64,000 nucleotides of DNA, from positions 62,001 to 126,000 of IMG/VR virus record IMGVR_UViG_3300008113_000003; one strand, given 5' to 3'. The notes below the pieces were generated by a model that worked only from the letters and a program-made list of their open reading frames with translations, searched no databases and had not been told where the DNA came from. Both the position numbers and the translations under genes were made by a program. Positions within the stretch are counted from its first letter, which is position 1; every line of letters begins with the position of its first letter. Shown here in pieces: positions 42,385 through 53,338 of the stretch.

Positions 42385-44623
42385 TGTTTGTAAAATAATT
42401 TTTTTCTATTGATTTTAAACCGTTAGCACCATCCCAATATCCAAAGTAGTAGTAATTACCATTGTATTTATTTGATACATCTGGGTTAAAGGATGTTGGT
42501 TGTGCGTTACCAGTGTAAAAACCATATGATGTGTAAACTTTATTATCTATCAAATCTTTTAATTCATCTGTAATATCATATATTGATGTTTCTAATACAG
42601 GGAATTTATTTTCAAAACTTGTTGATGATATAAACGGTCCCATGGTAAGTATTGGGCTATAAGCCTGGGTAAATCTTCTATGTACCCCAGCATCGTTTGT
42701 TGTAGCCTCATTACTTTTAGCTAACTCAACAGCAAATAAACTCAAATTTAAAGGCCCATCAGAGTTGTCCCCAAAGTTATAAGTTCTACCATCACCATAA
42801 AAATTAGTACCTGTTTGATAATCTAAAAAGTCACTACTACTAAATATTTCACTAAACACTTTACCCTGATTTAAACCAAACAAACCAGAACCAATTCCTA
42901 TGTGATATTCATAATCTTTAACTTTTTCATTATATGAATTTAGCGGTGATACCCAAGTATAATTTATAATATTTTTTGGAAATATGACCGCTGGGTCATA
43001 ATTTTTATCATAATTTTCGTTAGTATAATCAATCTTTTCAAAATCAAAACCAGGTGCGACATCAAATAGATATCTTGGTATTAACGTTGATCCTATTATT
43101 TCAATGTTATTTACATAAACAGCCTCTTCTCTACTAACAGGAAAATTCCATTCGATATCCTTGTTAGGGTTTACGGTGGGGAAATAAGTTACCTCACTAC
43201 CAACATAAGATACGTTATCAGCTCTATGTTTATTATATTTAGTTTTTATTGTATAAAATTTTCTTTTTCTATTAATTAAATCATACTCAAATAAACCGTT
43301 TTTAGTACCTTCCCAACCACCCGTTAAAGGTTCACCGTCCCTAGAAGCTGGTATTCTAATACCAGGCGTTGGTGATATTTTATAACCACCCCACGGTATT
43401 CGTGTTTGGTAAGATTCGCCATTTTCATATAACTCAAATGCGTAGTAACCTTTTGTTGGTATACTATTTTCAGTATCATCTGTGGGCACCAAATCACCGA
43501 ATTGAGTTAATTTATAATAGTCCATGTACATCGGTAACGATATTCTAAATATACCCGTACCCTTTTCAGCTTTAAAAGCACCAACCCTAACTCTACTACC
43601 TGGTGTTAGTTTATCATCTAATCTGTAAACAACAACCACCATGTCATCAAGCGGCCAAACCTCACATGTATCACGATTTAAATTTTTATCAAAACCATAT
43701 AACTCTATTTTCTTATCATTATAAAGTGAAAAGTTGTAGTTTTGATCTATGTAATAACCAGCGCTTGGGGTAGCTACCCAACCAAAAAATATGGCTGTTG
43801 GTGTGTATCTGTAATTAACTTTAAAATCGCATCTTGTAATACCAACATCGTGCTCAACGTCATCACCCCAAAAAGGTGAAACATTTACTTGTTTTACCTC
43901 ATTAAAAATATTAGGCATCTCATTAATGTTTGTTTTAACTTCAACATTAAAAGTACCGTCATTTTGATAAATATAATTAGGTATTTTATTGACATCGGAG
44001 CTATTTGCACTAGTTGTTGATTCAGCTATTGTTTTTATGCTGGTGTACTGCGTTGTTGATTCAACTAAATCATTAGCTGACAACTCAAAACTTTTTGTGT
44101 CAAAAAGGTCAAAGTCCATCATAATATTATGTGAACCAACTGGTACACCGAATATCATATAATCACCAGAGTCGTTAGTTATTGCTGTGTACTTATAATA
44201 TTTTTCCATTATCTCAACATATTGTGGGTAATGGACAAAATCGCTGATGTTTGGTAGATTACCAACAGCTCTATGACTAGGATTTTGGTTTCTAGTTCTT
44301 GGTAATAAATTATACCTAACTCCATTAGGGAATTGATCATTAACAGTTTCAAATGGATACAATTCAGTTATCTCTGGTCTTAACTTATCATCAGCTTCTA
44401 TGGGTACAAATATAGATACCCTCGCATTTTGCAAGCCATAGCCATTGGTTGTTTGAACTCTACCAACAATAACACCAAAATCAGATGAGGATTTTCTGTA
44501 AACATCCGTACTGGATATTTTTAAACTTAAGATTTCTAGATTATCAAAATCGTCTTCTAAGTTTACTTGAATCCTATCATTTGTTTGGCTATCATTTAAA
44601 ACTATTCTAATGTTTTTTTCCAT
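42377..44623 (-). CDS. structural protein with carboxypeptidase-regulatory-like (transthyretin-fold) segment (748 aa)
   Basis: GVIVGRV...GLQNARVSIF...TNDSGDYMIFGVPVGSH; immediately follows the gp6-like gene. Confidence 0.65.
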   Translation of the reverse strand: MEKNIRIVLNDSQTNDRIQVNLEDDFDNLEILSLKISSTDVYRKSSSDFGVIVGRVQTTNGYGLQNARVSIFVPIEADDKLRPEITELYPFETVNDQFPNGVRYNLLPRTRNQNPSHRAVGNLPNISDFVHYPQYVEIMEKYYKYTAITNDSGDYMIFGVPVGSHNIMMDFDLFDTKSFELSANDLVESTTQYTSIKTIAESTTSANSSDVNKIPNYIYQNDGTFNVEVKTNINEMPNIFNEVKQVNVSPFWGDDVEHDVGITRCDFKVNYRYTPTAIFFGWVATPSAGYYIDQNYNFSLYNDKKIELYGFDKNLNRDTCEVWPLDDMVVVVYRLDDKLTPGSRVRVGAFKAEKGTGIFRISLPMYMDYYKLTQFGDLVPTDDTENSIPTKGYYAFELYENGESYQTRIPWGGYKISPTPGIRIPASRDGEPLTGGWEGTKNGLFEYDLINRKRKFYTIKTKYNKHRADNVSYVGSEVTYFPTVNPNKDIEWNFPVSREEAVYVNNIEIIGSTLIPRYLFDVAPGFDFEKIDYTNENYDKNYDPAVIFPKNIINYTWVSPLNSYNEKVKDYEYHIGIGSGLFGLNQGKVFSEIFSSSDFLDYQTGTNFYGDGRTYNFGDNSDGPLNLSLFAVELAKSNEATTNDAGVHRRFTQAYSPILTMGPFISSTSFENKFPVLETSIYDITDELKDLIDNKVYTSYGFYTGNAQPTSFNPDVSNKYNGNYYYFGYWDGANGLKSIEKNYFTNNE

Positions 44624-44625
44624 AA

Positions 44626-46440
44626 TTAATTAATTCCTGTTGCAATAACTGGTATAACTTTTATATCAGTATCACCATTTCTAATGTTTAGCATTTGATA
44701 TTCATCAACAATTATGTAATTGCCTGTTATATCTATTTCACCAGTTGCGGAATCAATTAATGATTGGCTTGTTGTGTTTGTTGAATAACCAACTCCAGTT
44801 TTATTAAATGCTTTAATATAATTAACGTTTAAAACACCATCAACTTGCGTAATCTTTTTGATCATCTCACCAACACTGTAACTCTTACCTAATTGTTTTT
44901 TCTCATCCAAAAATTCGTTTTCAACAATTGTGGTTATATTTGATACCGCTGATATTTGTTGACCGTTTTCAACCAAAACACCAATTTCAAAACCTAAATC
45001 AATGATTTCAGCTGGTTTAACAACCACATAATCGTTTATCATTCTAAACTTGGATAAATAAGCGGCTATGTTTTCCATCAATAAAGATGTCACCGTGTTT
45101 GATATATCACCATTAGCGTCATAAGACAAGACACCTATTTCAATTTTATTTTGTTTTTGTGTTATACTGGTTTTTGCTGGGGTACCAAATTTACTTGGCA
45201 TACTTAATAGTAGGACTTTGTAGTCATTTAACGTTACAGCCCTATTTTGTGCAGCAAAATTATAACCAATATAGTTCCTTAACTCCTCAACCGTTGGTTC
45301 GTCAGAACCCCCGACAGCTGGTGTTGTATTTGTAACCGTTATTGATGATTGTACGGTTGAATTAATTGCTGTATCTGGGCCGTTTATAGTCGATGTTAAT
45401 CTGTTAATAGTTGTTATTGTACCAGGGCCAGTATTTGTTCCAACACCGCCACCAATTCTATATCTAACAAATATTGTTGTGTTAGCTATTGGTGCCATAC
45501 CAAGGCTACCATTTCTTAAAAAACTTTTAAGGTCAAAAGTACCCCCATCTAGGAAATCGTCTAGAATATCAAAAGATGAATCCGTTTGGGCACCAAAGGT
45601 TATTGTACAAAAACCTTTTGGGGTAAACTCGGTAATGTATCTTTTATCTATTTTTTGGTAAATACCTTTTGCGATACCACTTACTCTAGGTGAATTTATG
45701 TCTTCAACAAAAACACTATCTTCAGCTAATGAAGGTACTTCATACCACTTATTTGGACTACTGATAAATTCGCTATCGGTTGGTGTCGCTGTAAAAGTCG
45801 TACCAGCTTTATGGATTACAGACTCAACAGATAAAACGTTGTTTTCTGGTAAAGTTATTTTGTAGAAAGGTATTGAGTTTACAAACGTTTGGTTATAAAC
45901 TTTTGTCGTACCAGCTATAACAATACCAGTTTTTGTAATTGAGTAAGCTGTTATCTTGTTGTTAACAAAAATAGGTCTCTTTGTTCTATCAACGTTACCA
46001 GAACTATTTGTGGCTAAATTAAAATCAACATCATACACCAATTCATATGTATTTTCGCCATTTGAAACTTGTGTACCAGCTTTAATAACTGGTAAGTATC
46101 TTATATCCTCTTGATCTCCGTAAACAGGTACTTGAGCTGTAAACTCAACAACCGCAACAGCTGAAGATTTTGTGGGTAATTTAAGACCATATGTCTTAGC
46201 AATATTATATAACGATTGTCGTTCTTGTGCGTAATCTAAAACAGTTTCTTGCAACGCCCTATCGATTTGATAGTTTAAGTTATCAGCAATAGCCGCATTT
46301 AAATCTAAGAATACTGATAGTATTGACGCATCGTTAAAGCTTTGTACAACCTCTGGGTAATACTGTTTGATATAGTTTATTTGCTCCGTTTTTAAAGAAG
46401 CAAAATCTCTTTTACTATAATTTATTTGTCTGTTTGCCAT
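44626..46440 (-). CDS. baseplate wedge subunit (T4 gp6 / P2 gpJ-like)
   Basis: YSKRDFASLK, LDYAQERQSLYNIAKTYG, IKAGT, YRIGGG..TN, GGSDEPTVEELR and QNRAVTLNDY. Confidence 0.9.
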   Translation of the reverse strand: MANRQINYSKRDFASLKTEQINYIKQYYPEVVQSFNDASILSVFLDLNAAIADNLNYQIDRALQETVLDYAQERQSLYNIAKTYGLKLPTKSSAVAVVEFTAQVPVYGDQEDIRYLPVIKAGTQVSNGENTYELVYDVDFNLATNSSGNVDRTKRPIFVNNKITAYSITKTGIVIAGTTKVYNQTFVNSIPFYKITLPENNVLSVESVIHKAGTTFTATPTDSEFISSPNKWYEVPSLAEDSVFVEDINSPRVSGIAKGIYQKIDKRYITEFTPKGFCTITFGAQTDSSFDILDDFLDGGTFDLKSFLRNGSLGMAPIANTTIFVRYRIGGGVGTNTGPGTITTINRLTSTINGPDTAINSTVQSSITVTNTTPAVGGSDEPTVEELRNYIGYNFAAQNRAVTLNDYKVLLLSMPSKFGTPAKTSITQKQNKIEIGVLSYDANGDISNTVTSLLMENIAAYLSKFRMINDYVVVKPAEIIDLGFEIGVLVENGQQISAVSNITTIVENEFLDEKKQLGKSYSVGEMIKKITQVDGVLNVNYIKAFNKTGVGYSTNTTSQSLIDSATGEIDITGNYIIVDEYQMLNIRNGDTDIKVIPVIATGIN

Positions 46441-46441
46441 T

Positions 46442-46858
46442 TTATACTGTTATTGATAATTTATCGCTCGTTGAGAATGTTTTGGAGCTTATTGTGTAAT
46501 CTAAGTTTATTCTGATTTGGTGTTCCTTTTCGGTATCATTTAAAAATTCAGGCTCATTCCCAACATTTGTAATGTTAATTGCATTTAATTTTAAATTTGG
46601 TATGTATTTTTCAACCGCATCCTGAATCTCATTTTCTATTTTACCTAATGTTGTTTCATCAAGCGGTTCAAAGATATATTGATACAAGTTAGTCCCAAAG
46701 TCTGGTAAGTAATACCTAGATCCCTTTCTTGTTAAAAGAAGGTGTATTAACATTGATTTCACCTCAGCTTCTGGTATTGTCGTTAAACCAACATAATCAC
46801 CGCTACTTGATTCCGTAAAAGGGAAATCAATACCAAATGTTTGTTTTTTAATTGCCAT
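46442..46858 (-). CDS. baseplate wedge subunit (T4 gp25 / P2 gpW-like)
   Basis: GIDFPF, LIHLLLTRKGSRYYLPDFGTNL...IFEP and AVEKYIP. Confidence 0.92.
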   Translation of the reverse strand: MAIKKQTFGIDFPFTESSSGDYVGLTTIPEAEVKSMLIHLLLTRKGSRYYLPDFGTNLYQYIFEPLDETTLGKIENEIQDAVEKYIPNLKLNAINITNVGNEPEFLNDTEKEHQIRINLDYTISSKTFSTSDKLSITV

Positions 46859-46865
46859 ATTCTTT

Positions 46866-46879
46866 TATAAATAAATATC
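46866..46879 (-). promoter_or_regulatory. overlapping GATATTTATT/TATTTATA putative late promoter heading the baseplate operon
   Basis: Minus strand CGATATTTATTTATAAAAGAAT-ATG, directly downstream of the nrdA terminator. Confidence 0.65.
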
Positions 46880-46902
46880 GTAATAATTTATTTTTTGTAA
46901 AT

Positions 46903-46933
46903 AAAAAAAAATCCCGCCAATGTGACGGGATTT
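46903..46933 (-). terminator. intrinsic terminator after nrdA
   Basis: Minus strand AAATCCCGTCA-CAT-TGGCGGGATTT with a poly-T run. Confidence 0.85.
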
Positions 46934-46953
46934 CAATAATATCGCTGTTTTAC

Positions 46954-49368
46954 TTATGCGCTACACCCAAAACAATCAAATTGGCTGTTTTCTGGTTTTA
47001 CCGTTTCCTGAACTTGTATTGGTTCTGGTTTAGGTGCGATTGCAGCGGTTGGTGTCTCACTGTTACTGATACTGATTGCTAAGTGTTTTGCACCAGTTGA
47101 GATAGCTTTTGTTCTAACATAGTAACAAAGTGATTTAAGACCACGTTTCCAAGCCCAGAAGTGACTAGATGACAATTTCTGAACGGTTGGTGCCTGGAAA
47201 TAAACGTTCATAGATTGTGATTGGTCAATAAATGGTGCTCTATCAGCGGCCATATCAATCAATTCTTTCTGTGAAACTTCCCAAATTGTTCTATATTTTT
47301 GGATTAAGTGCTCAATTCTCTTAATTTTCTTCTCATAATGCTTATCAGTTGGGTCCAAAAATTTGTTAAAATTAATATTTTGGATCGACCCTTCGTTCAT
47401 AATAATCTCATTTTTAAAAGCTTCTGACCAAATACCCAAATCTTCAAAATCCTCAATCAAATATTTGTTAGCGATTAAGAACTCACCACCTACAACTCTT
47501 CTATTGAATAGATTAGATGGGATAACTTCTGTCATTTCATATGAACCTGTTATTTTAGCGGAAGAGGCCACTGGCATTTGTGCGGTAAATAGGCTATTGC
47601 AAATACCATGTTCTTTAACCAATTCTTTTAATGAATCCCAATCCCACATTAAGTCAGATGGATCAACACCCCACATATCAAATTGATAAATACCTTTTGA
47701 CATTGGGGAACCTTTGAAGTGTTTGTAAGGTTTGTATTCACCAGTTTTACACAATTCATTACTTTCGCTGATAGCAGCAAAATAAATCGTTTCAAAAATT
47801 CTTTTGTTAAGTGTTTTAGCCTCTTCAGACGTGAACACATAGTCCATTAAAAAGAATACATCAGCAAGTCCTTGAACACCAATAGCAATTGCTCTTTGTT
47901 CCAAACCGCCTTTTTTACCCTTTTCAGTTGAATATGAGTTAATGTCAACTACTTTATTCAGAGCCCTAACAATCTTTCTAACCTCAAAGTAAAGTTGGTC
48001 AAAATCAAATGTTTTGTTTTTAACGTAATTTTTAACAACCACAGATGATAATGTACAGATAGCTGTTGTCTTTTCATCTGTAAACTGATAAATTTCGTTA
48101 CAAAGATTTGATTGTTTGATAACCCCAATATTTTGGTGGTTTGTTTTTTTATTGGCATTGTCTTTTGAACAAAGATATGGTACCCCAGTTTCAACCTGTG
48201 ACTCAATAACTTTAATCCAGATTTCCTGGGCCTTTACTTTCTTACCTAAGCCCATTTCTACAGCTTTATTGTAGTTGGCTTCATACTCATCCCCAAAACA
48301 CTCTTGGAGTGGCTTAATACCGTTCTTAACGATGTCATTAGGGCAGAATAAATACCAATCACCATCTTCTTCAACCGCTCTCATGAAATTATCTGGAATC
48401 CATAACGCTGTGAATAAATCTCTTGCTCTTAATTCTTCAGCACCAGTGTTCTTTTTAATTTCAAGCAGGTCAAAAATATCTTTGTGCCATGGCTCAATAT
48501 AGATTGCTGCACTTCCTGGTCTACGCCCTTGTTGGTTAAAGAAACGAAGTGATTCGTTTACAATCTTAAGGTATTTTAATAACCCACCAGCAAAACCACC
48601 AGATGTTTTAATTCTACTCTCTTTACTACGGATATTTGACATACATAGTCCAATACCAGCTGCGTCAGCAGAATAAACAGAGATGTCTCTTAAACTATCT
48701 AAAAGACCGTTTCTAGAGTCATCGTTATTGTAGTGTAACACACATGACGCTAATTGTGGTATTTTGGTACCAGAATTAATCATAATAGGTGTTGCTGGTG
48801 AAATGTATTGGTTAGACAATGCCTCGTAATACTCAACAGCCTCTTCAAATGATTTGGTAACCCATAAAGCCACACGCATATACATGTGTTGGGGTCTCTC
48901 AATTTGTTTACCTTGAGATGTTTTTGTTAAGTACATTTCATGTAAAGATCTCCAGGCAAAATAGTCAAATTGGAAATCTCTATCATGATTAATAACGGCA
49001 TCTACGTTATCAACACCATAATCCTCAATCATTTTTATCAATTCATCATTGATGATGCTATCTTCAGCTAATAATTTCATTGTTTCGCTAAAGCTAGGGT
49101 TTGTCTCTTTGTGATAAGAAGAGATGGCAATATTGGCGGCTAATTTACTGTAATCATAATGACTACCAGTATATGAAGCAGCTATTTCAGCCAACAACTT
49201 ATCAATCTCTTTTGTTGTTACAACCCCCTCATTTGGTAATGAAGTGATTACTTTTATAAAAATTTCGTCTGAGCTAACTTTTAACCCTTTAGCCGCTTTT
49301 TTAATTCTAGTTAAAATCTTTGACGGGTTAAATGAGGTTTGCTCATCATTACGTTTTTGTATGATCAT
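46954..49368 (-). CDS. nrdA: class Ia ribonucleotide reductase alpha subunit with ATP-cone
   Basis: ATP-cone IQKRN, ERPQHMYMRVA, SPATP, QLASC, SNLCNEI (thiyl Cys), AQMPVASS, YYVRT and C-terminal CFGC. Confidence 0.97.
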   Translation of the reverse strand: MIIQKRNDEQTSFNPSKILTRIKKAAKGLKVSSDEIFIKVITSLPNEGVVTTKEIDKLLAEIAASYTGSHYDYSKLAANIAISSYHKETNPSFSETMKLLAEDSIINDELIKMIEDYGVDNVDAVINHDRDFQFDYFAWRSLHEMYLTKTSQGKQIERPQHMYMRVALWVTKSFEEAVEYYEALSNQYISPATPIMINSGTKIPQLASCVLHYNNDDSRNGLLDSLRDISVYSADAAGIGLCMSNIRSKESRIKTSGGFAGGLLKYLKIVNESLRFFNQQGRRPGSAAIYIEPWHKDIFDLLEIKKNTGAEELRARDLFTALWIPDNFMRAVEEDGDWYLFCPNDIVKNGIKPLQECFGDEYEANYNKAVEMGLGKKVKAQEIWIKVIESQVETGVPYLCSKDNANKKTNHQNIGVIKQSNLCNEIYQFTDEKTTAICTLSSVVVKNYVKNKTFDFDQLYFEVRKIVRALNKVVDINSYSTEKGKKGGLEQRAIAIGVQGLADVFFLMDYVFTSEEAKTLNKRIFETIYFAAISESNELCKTGEYKPYKHFKGSPMSKGIYQFDMWGVDPSDLMWDWDSLKELVKEHGICNSLFTAQMPVASSAKITGSYEMTEVIPSNLFNRRVVGGEFLIANKYLIEDFEDLGIWSEAFKNEIIMNEGSIQNINFNKFLDPTDKHYEKKIKRIEHLIQKYRTIWEVSQKELIDMAADRAPFIDQSQSMNVYFQAPTVQKLSSSHFWAWKRGLKSLCYYVRTKAISTGAKHLAISISNSETPTAAIAPKPEPIQVQETVKPENSQFDCFGCSA

Positions 49369-49395
49369 TTTATTTTTTTATTTGTTTAGTTTAAT

Positions 49396-50346
49396 TTAAA
49401 AATCGTCAGTAAAGCTAAGTTTCTCGTTAAGTTTAGCTTTCTGATACTCTACGGTTCTTGATTCAAAAAAGTTCCCTTTTGTCTCCACGGCAATTTGTTC
49501 CATGAATTTAAAAGGTTGTTCAACATTAAATTCTTTTTTGCACCCAAATTTAGTCAACAAACCATCTGTGACAAACTCTAAATATTGTTTCATTAGATTT
49601 GAGTTCATACCAATAAGTGACACTGGTAATGACTCTGTGATAAATTCTTTTTCGATATCCAAAGCAGATAATAAAATCTCTCTGATTCTAGATTCTGAAG
49701 GTTTATTCTCAACGTGGTTGTTGATTAAATGAATTGCGAAATCACAATGCAAGTTTTCATCTTTAAAGATAAGTGTGTTTGCGTTGCATAACCCCTGCAT
49801 CAAACCTCTGGATTTTAACCAAAAGATTGAACAGAATGATCCTGAGAAGAAAATACCCTCTACAGCAGCAAACGCAACTAGTCTTTCTTGAAAAGAAGCG
49901 TTTTCAATCCAATCCAAAGCCCATTTAGCTTTTCTTTGTACGGCTGGTAAATGTTCCAATGCCCTGAAACTTTCTAGTTTTTCTTGTGCGTTTGATATGT
50001 AGGTATCAATCAACAAAGAATACATAAGGCTGTGGATGTTTTCCATTGCTATTTGCATGCCATAAAAAAACTTGGCTTCTGGATATTGGACTTCCTTTAA
50101 AAAATTCTCGGCAAGGTTTTCATTAACAATACCGTCCGATGAAGCAAAGAACGATAAAATGTTTTTAATGAAATACTTCTCGTTATCCGTTAGATTTTGC
50201 CAATCCCTGATATCGTTAGATAAATCGACTTCTTCGGCTGTCCAAAACGCAGCCTGGTGTTGTTTGTAAAACTCCCAAATGTCGTTGTGTTCGATGGGGA
50301 AAATAACAAATCTGTTTGGATTTTCCTGTAAAATTTTTTCTTGCAT
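49396..50346 (-). CDS. nrdB: class Ia ribonucleotide reductase beta subunit (start corrected to ATG at 50346)
   Basis: [39 protein letters not shown] (Tyr radical), [15 protein letters not shown] and NFFE. The track's extension to 50400 overlaps promoter motifs. Confidence 0.97.
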   Translation of the reverse strand: MQEKILQENPNRFVIFPIEHNDIWEFYKQHQAAFWTAEEVDLSNDIRDWQNLTDNEKYFIKNILSFFASSDGIVNENLAENFLKEVQYPEAKFFYGMQIAMENIHSLMYSLLIDTYISNAQEKLESFRALEHLPAVQRKAKWALDWIENASFQERLVAFAAVEGIFFSGSFCSIFWLKSRGLMQGLCNANTLIFKDENLHCDFAIHLINNHVENKPSESRIREILLSALDIEKEFITESLPVSLIGMNSNLMKQYLEFVTDGLLTKFGCKKEFNVEQPFKFMEQIAVETKGNFFESRTVEYQKAKLNEKLSFTDDF

Positions 50347-50377
50347 AATTCTTATTAATCTTAATTTTTCTTGTTTA

Positions 50378-50397
50378 AATAAATATGGGCAAAGATA
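50378..50397 (-). promoter_or_regulatory. tandem host-type TATCTTTG (-7 box) and TATTTATT motifs upstream of nrdB
   Basis: TATCTTTG at 50397-50390 and TATTTATT at 50385-50378; no clear -33 TTTG. Confidence 0.55.
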
Positions 50398-50403
50398 CAA
50401 TTA

Positions 50404-51816
50404 TTACCCTAAATCTTCACTAATTTCTGTTGTTTCTTCTTTATCTTTTTTTAACCCTTCAAGATATTTCCTTCTACTTTCAATACTTTGCTGTTGTTTT
50501 TGGGTCTCAAAACCTTTTTCAGTTAGCATATCATTTGTGTCAATTAAAATCCTTGAATTGTCAAATAAGCAATCTTTAAATATCATACCATCATCACCCA
50601 TACGGTTTTTAAGGATTGATATTGTTGCCACCTTTTGATCTTTTTGTTCAAGAGTCTTACCTATACTCATGATAAAGTGAGCGATTTGTGCCTTTTTAAG
50701 GTTACCACCCATATTTTCAGTCTTAACCACCTCAACACTTGTAGAACTTCTATTACCCTGTGTTGCGGTCCAACCAGCAACATTCATCTCATCTACCATA
50801 CTTTCAAACGCACGCATGATTTTACCTTCATTTGACCATTCTTCTGAATTTGAAAACTCTTTCTCCATAGAAAGACAGTCAATGTAGTCTAAGACAAGCA
50901 TGTCCACTTTAGTACCCTTAGAATTGATTTTTTTGATGATGTTTTTAATTTTATTAATTGTAACACCATCGGCTGGTAATTTTTGTAAGTACAGATTATT
51001 TTTGTGTTGGTCTTTAATAATTTTAATTTTACTTTGTATTAAAGATTTATTATCTGATAACTCACTAAGGGGTATACCAGTTAAAGCTGAAAAGTGTTTT
51101 CTCTGTACAGCTTCTTCTTTATCCTCAAAAAATATTTGTAATACGGTTTTTCCGTTAAGGAATGCGCTACTAGCGACTTTTGTTAGGAATGTTGTTTTAC
51201 CAACACCAAGTGGTGCGATAACTAGACCAACTTCACCTTTTGACAAACCACCTTTTGTGCAGTCATCAATACCCTGAATACCTGTTGGCATTGGGTCTCT
51301 ATAATCTTCAGATAATACTTTATCTATGTTATCGAATAATAAGATAGGATCTTGTTCTTCCTTAAAAGTAATAGCATCCTTAATCTTTTTTTCGATCTCA
51401 TCATAGTCCGAAATAACACCACGATCTAATTTCGTTTTTATTTCATTTACAGCACTACGTATAGATTGTAATTTACAGAATTTTTTAGCGTTATTCTGTG
51501 TGTTTAGGTTACCAACTTTACAATCCTCTATATCGTTGATGGTATCATCTAATTGCGTTCTAAAAGCTTCGTGCTCAACAGGAATCTCATTTTTAACCTC
51601 AAGTCTTAACGATGGGAAATTTAATAATACATCGTGTTTTTCATGGTATTTTTTAATTATGTGAGCAATTTTCTGAAAAGCTTCAGATGGAAAATATTTG
51701 GGTTCAATAATGTCAATTATCGATTCACCAAATTTATGGTCTGTAATTATTTCATTGATTAATTGTAATTGAAAGTCTTTGCCTAAATCTTCAAAGCTGC
51801 TTATTATGTTAGCCAT
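50404..51816 (-). CDS. replicative helicase (DnaB/T4 gp41-like)
   Basis: PTGIQGIDD.T.GGL, Walker A APLGVGKT, LVLDYID, WTATQGNR and ILKNR. Confidence 0.92.
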   Translation of the reverse strand: MANIISSFEDLGKDFQLQLINEIITDHKFGESIIDIIEPKYFPSEAFQKIAHIIKKYHEKHDVLLNFPSLRLEVKNEIPVEHEAFRTQLDDTINDIEDCKVGNLNTQNNAKKFCKLQSIRSAVNEIKTKLDRGVISDYDEIEKKIKDAITFKEEQDPILLFDNIDKVLSEDYRDPMPTGIQGIDDCTKGGLSKGEVGLVIAPLGVGKTTFLTKVASSAFLNGKTVLQIFFEDKEEAVQRKHFSALTGIPLSELSDNKSLIQSKIKIIKDQHKNNLYLQKLPADGVTINKIKNIIKKINSKGTKVDMLVLDYIDCLSMEKEFSNSEEWSNEGKIMRAFESMVDEMNVAGWTATQGNRSSTSVEVVKTENMGGNLKKAQIAHFIMSIGKTLEQKDQKVATISILKNRMGDDGMIFKDCLFDNSRILIDTNDMLTEKGFETQKQQQSIESRRKYLEGLKKDKEETTEISEDLG

Positions 51817-51828
51817 TTAATTTTATTT

Positions 51829-52311
51829 TTATTGTACTTGTAAACTGTATCCAAGGTATTCTGTTTCTAACTCTTTTGTTGGAGTGCATAAGCATTTTTG
51901 AATGCGTGTGATTAACTCATAGATGTGCTGACGAATGTCTACAGTGTATCTAACTTTTACTGGGTAGATTGTAGCATCCCACTCTCTGTAAGCAATTACA
52001 TTACCATCATGTTTAACCACGATTTTCATCATATCTTTCGAACCGTTTTGTTCGTAATCTGGTGTTTCCAAAAAATGGCGTTGGTGCTCAGTAATGAAGT
52101 CTAATGCTCTGTCTTTTAAAACACTTTGGATCAGTTCAACATTCTCATCAATTGCGTATTTAAAATTCATTGAGTTTATCGCTTTGTTATTAAAACCGAT
52201 AATGTTAAAGAATCTTTGTACAATAATGTTGTCGTTCAGATAAAGTGTAAATTCAAATTTACGTTGTTCTTTTTTTTCTTCCATGTTATTTGTTTTTTGT
52301 GTTGTATGCAT
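51829..52311 (-). CDS. hypothetical protein (likely start 52284)
   Basis: ORF within the replication operon; the second ATG avoids an overlap with the upstream gene. Confidence 0.75.
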   Translation of the reverse strand: MHTTQKTNNMEEKKEQRKFEFTLYLNDNIIVQRFFNIIGFNNKAINSMNFKYAIDENVELIQSVLKDRALDFITEHQRHFLETPDYEQNGSKDMMKIVVKHDGNVIAYREWDATIYPVKVRYTVDIRQHIYELITRIQKCLCTPTKELETEYLGYSLQVQ

Positions 52312-53338
52312 TTTCTTCCTTTTTTATAATAGTAATAAAACTTGACCAGAAAACAAAGAAAGCGTCATCATTTTTTGGTAAAAAATTTAATAATTGGTCC
52401 TCTTTCATCATTTCCATGATTTTTTTGATACCGCCACGACCTTCAGGTGATAAAGTTTCGTTTACCATTTCACTTATAGCTTCCTTTAACTCTTCAGTAA
52501 CGTGCGGTTCTTTTAGGTTGATTATTTTATTCATTACCGAAAAATAATCTGTCCCGTATGTTCCCCATTTGGTTTCACCGTTAATGATCGTGTTTAATGT
52601 TTTATCATTCGGTTTTTCAATTAATAGTTCTTTTGTTCTATCAATAACCCAATCCTGGTTAACAGTTTGTTTTTTTATTTCTGGGAAATATTTTAATACC
52701 TTTTGCTCACCAATATTTTGCAAACCAGATATGTTATCACTCGTATCCCCAGCAATCATTTTGATAATACCAACATTTGAATAGTGGTAGTCAAAATAAC
52801 TGTCAAAGTTATCGATGTTAACCATAACCTTAGCGTTTTTTATTGTTAAACAAACCTTTGTGTTTTCATCAAGAAGTTGTAGTAAGTCACGATCGTTAGT
52901 ATAAACAATTTTATTCTCGTTCGGGGAATTCATTGAATAGTATGCTATACCATCATCAGCTTCGCAACCATCAATTTCAACTTGTCTAATTGATAATTCT
53001 TCCAGGTATTGTTTGATTCGGATTCTTTGTCGATCCAAATCGTGTTTTTCATCAATTGTTACCTTATTGTCACGGTTTTGTTTGTAGTATGGATAGTAAC
53101 CTTGTCTATATTCTTTAGAACCCTTACCTTCCCAGAATACAACAACCTTTGTAACTGCGTAATCTTGATAAAACCTTTTAATGGTGTTAATAAAGTGGAA
53201 TATGGTACCAACGCTTCCCTCTTTTCCTTGGAGCTGCTTGGTACCATGAAATCCCTGTTTTAGTAGATATTCACCGTCTATAAGCAATGAGTTAATGGTT
53301 GTGTTAACTCTATGTCTTATTGGTTTATTAATCTTCAT
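52286..53338 (-). CDS. 5'-3' exonuclease / flap endonuclease (T4 RNase H-like)
   Basis: LLIDG, YKQNR, EADDGIA, NDRDLLQL and GDTSDNISGLQNIGE. Confidence 0.92.
   Translation of the reverse strand: MKINKPIRHRVNTTINSLLIDGEYLLKQGFHGTKQLQGKEGSVGTIFHFINTIKRFYQDYAVTKVVVFWEGKGSKEYRQGYYPYYKQNRDNKVTIDEKHDLDRQRIRIKQYLEELSIRQVEIDGCEADDGIAYYSMNSPNENKIVYTNDRDLLQLLDENTKVCLTIKNAKVMVNIDNFDSYFDYHYSNVGIIKMIAGDTSDNISGLQNIGEQKVLKYFPEIKKQTVNQDWVIDRTKELLIEKPNDKTLNTIINGETKWGTYGTDYFSVMNKIINLKEPHVTEELKEAISEMVNETLSPEGRGGIKKIMEMMKEDQLLNFLPKNDDAFFVFWSSFITIIKKEENAYNTKNK

Noticed and set aside
46954-50346. Eukaryote-like RNR suggesting a giant eukaryotic virus
   Set aside because: This RNR type also occurs in Bacteroidota, and the sigma70, gp25/gp6 baseplate and peptidoglycan hydrolases show the sequence is a bacteriophage.
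50347-50400. N-terminal extension of NrdB given by the ORF track
   Set aside because: It starts at TTG, covers promoter motifs and precedes the conserved start; ATG at 50346 is more plausible.
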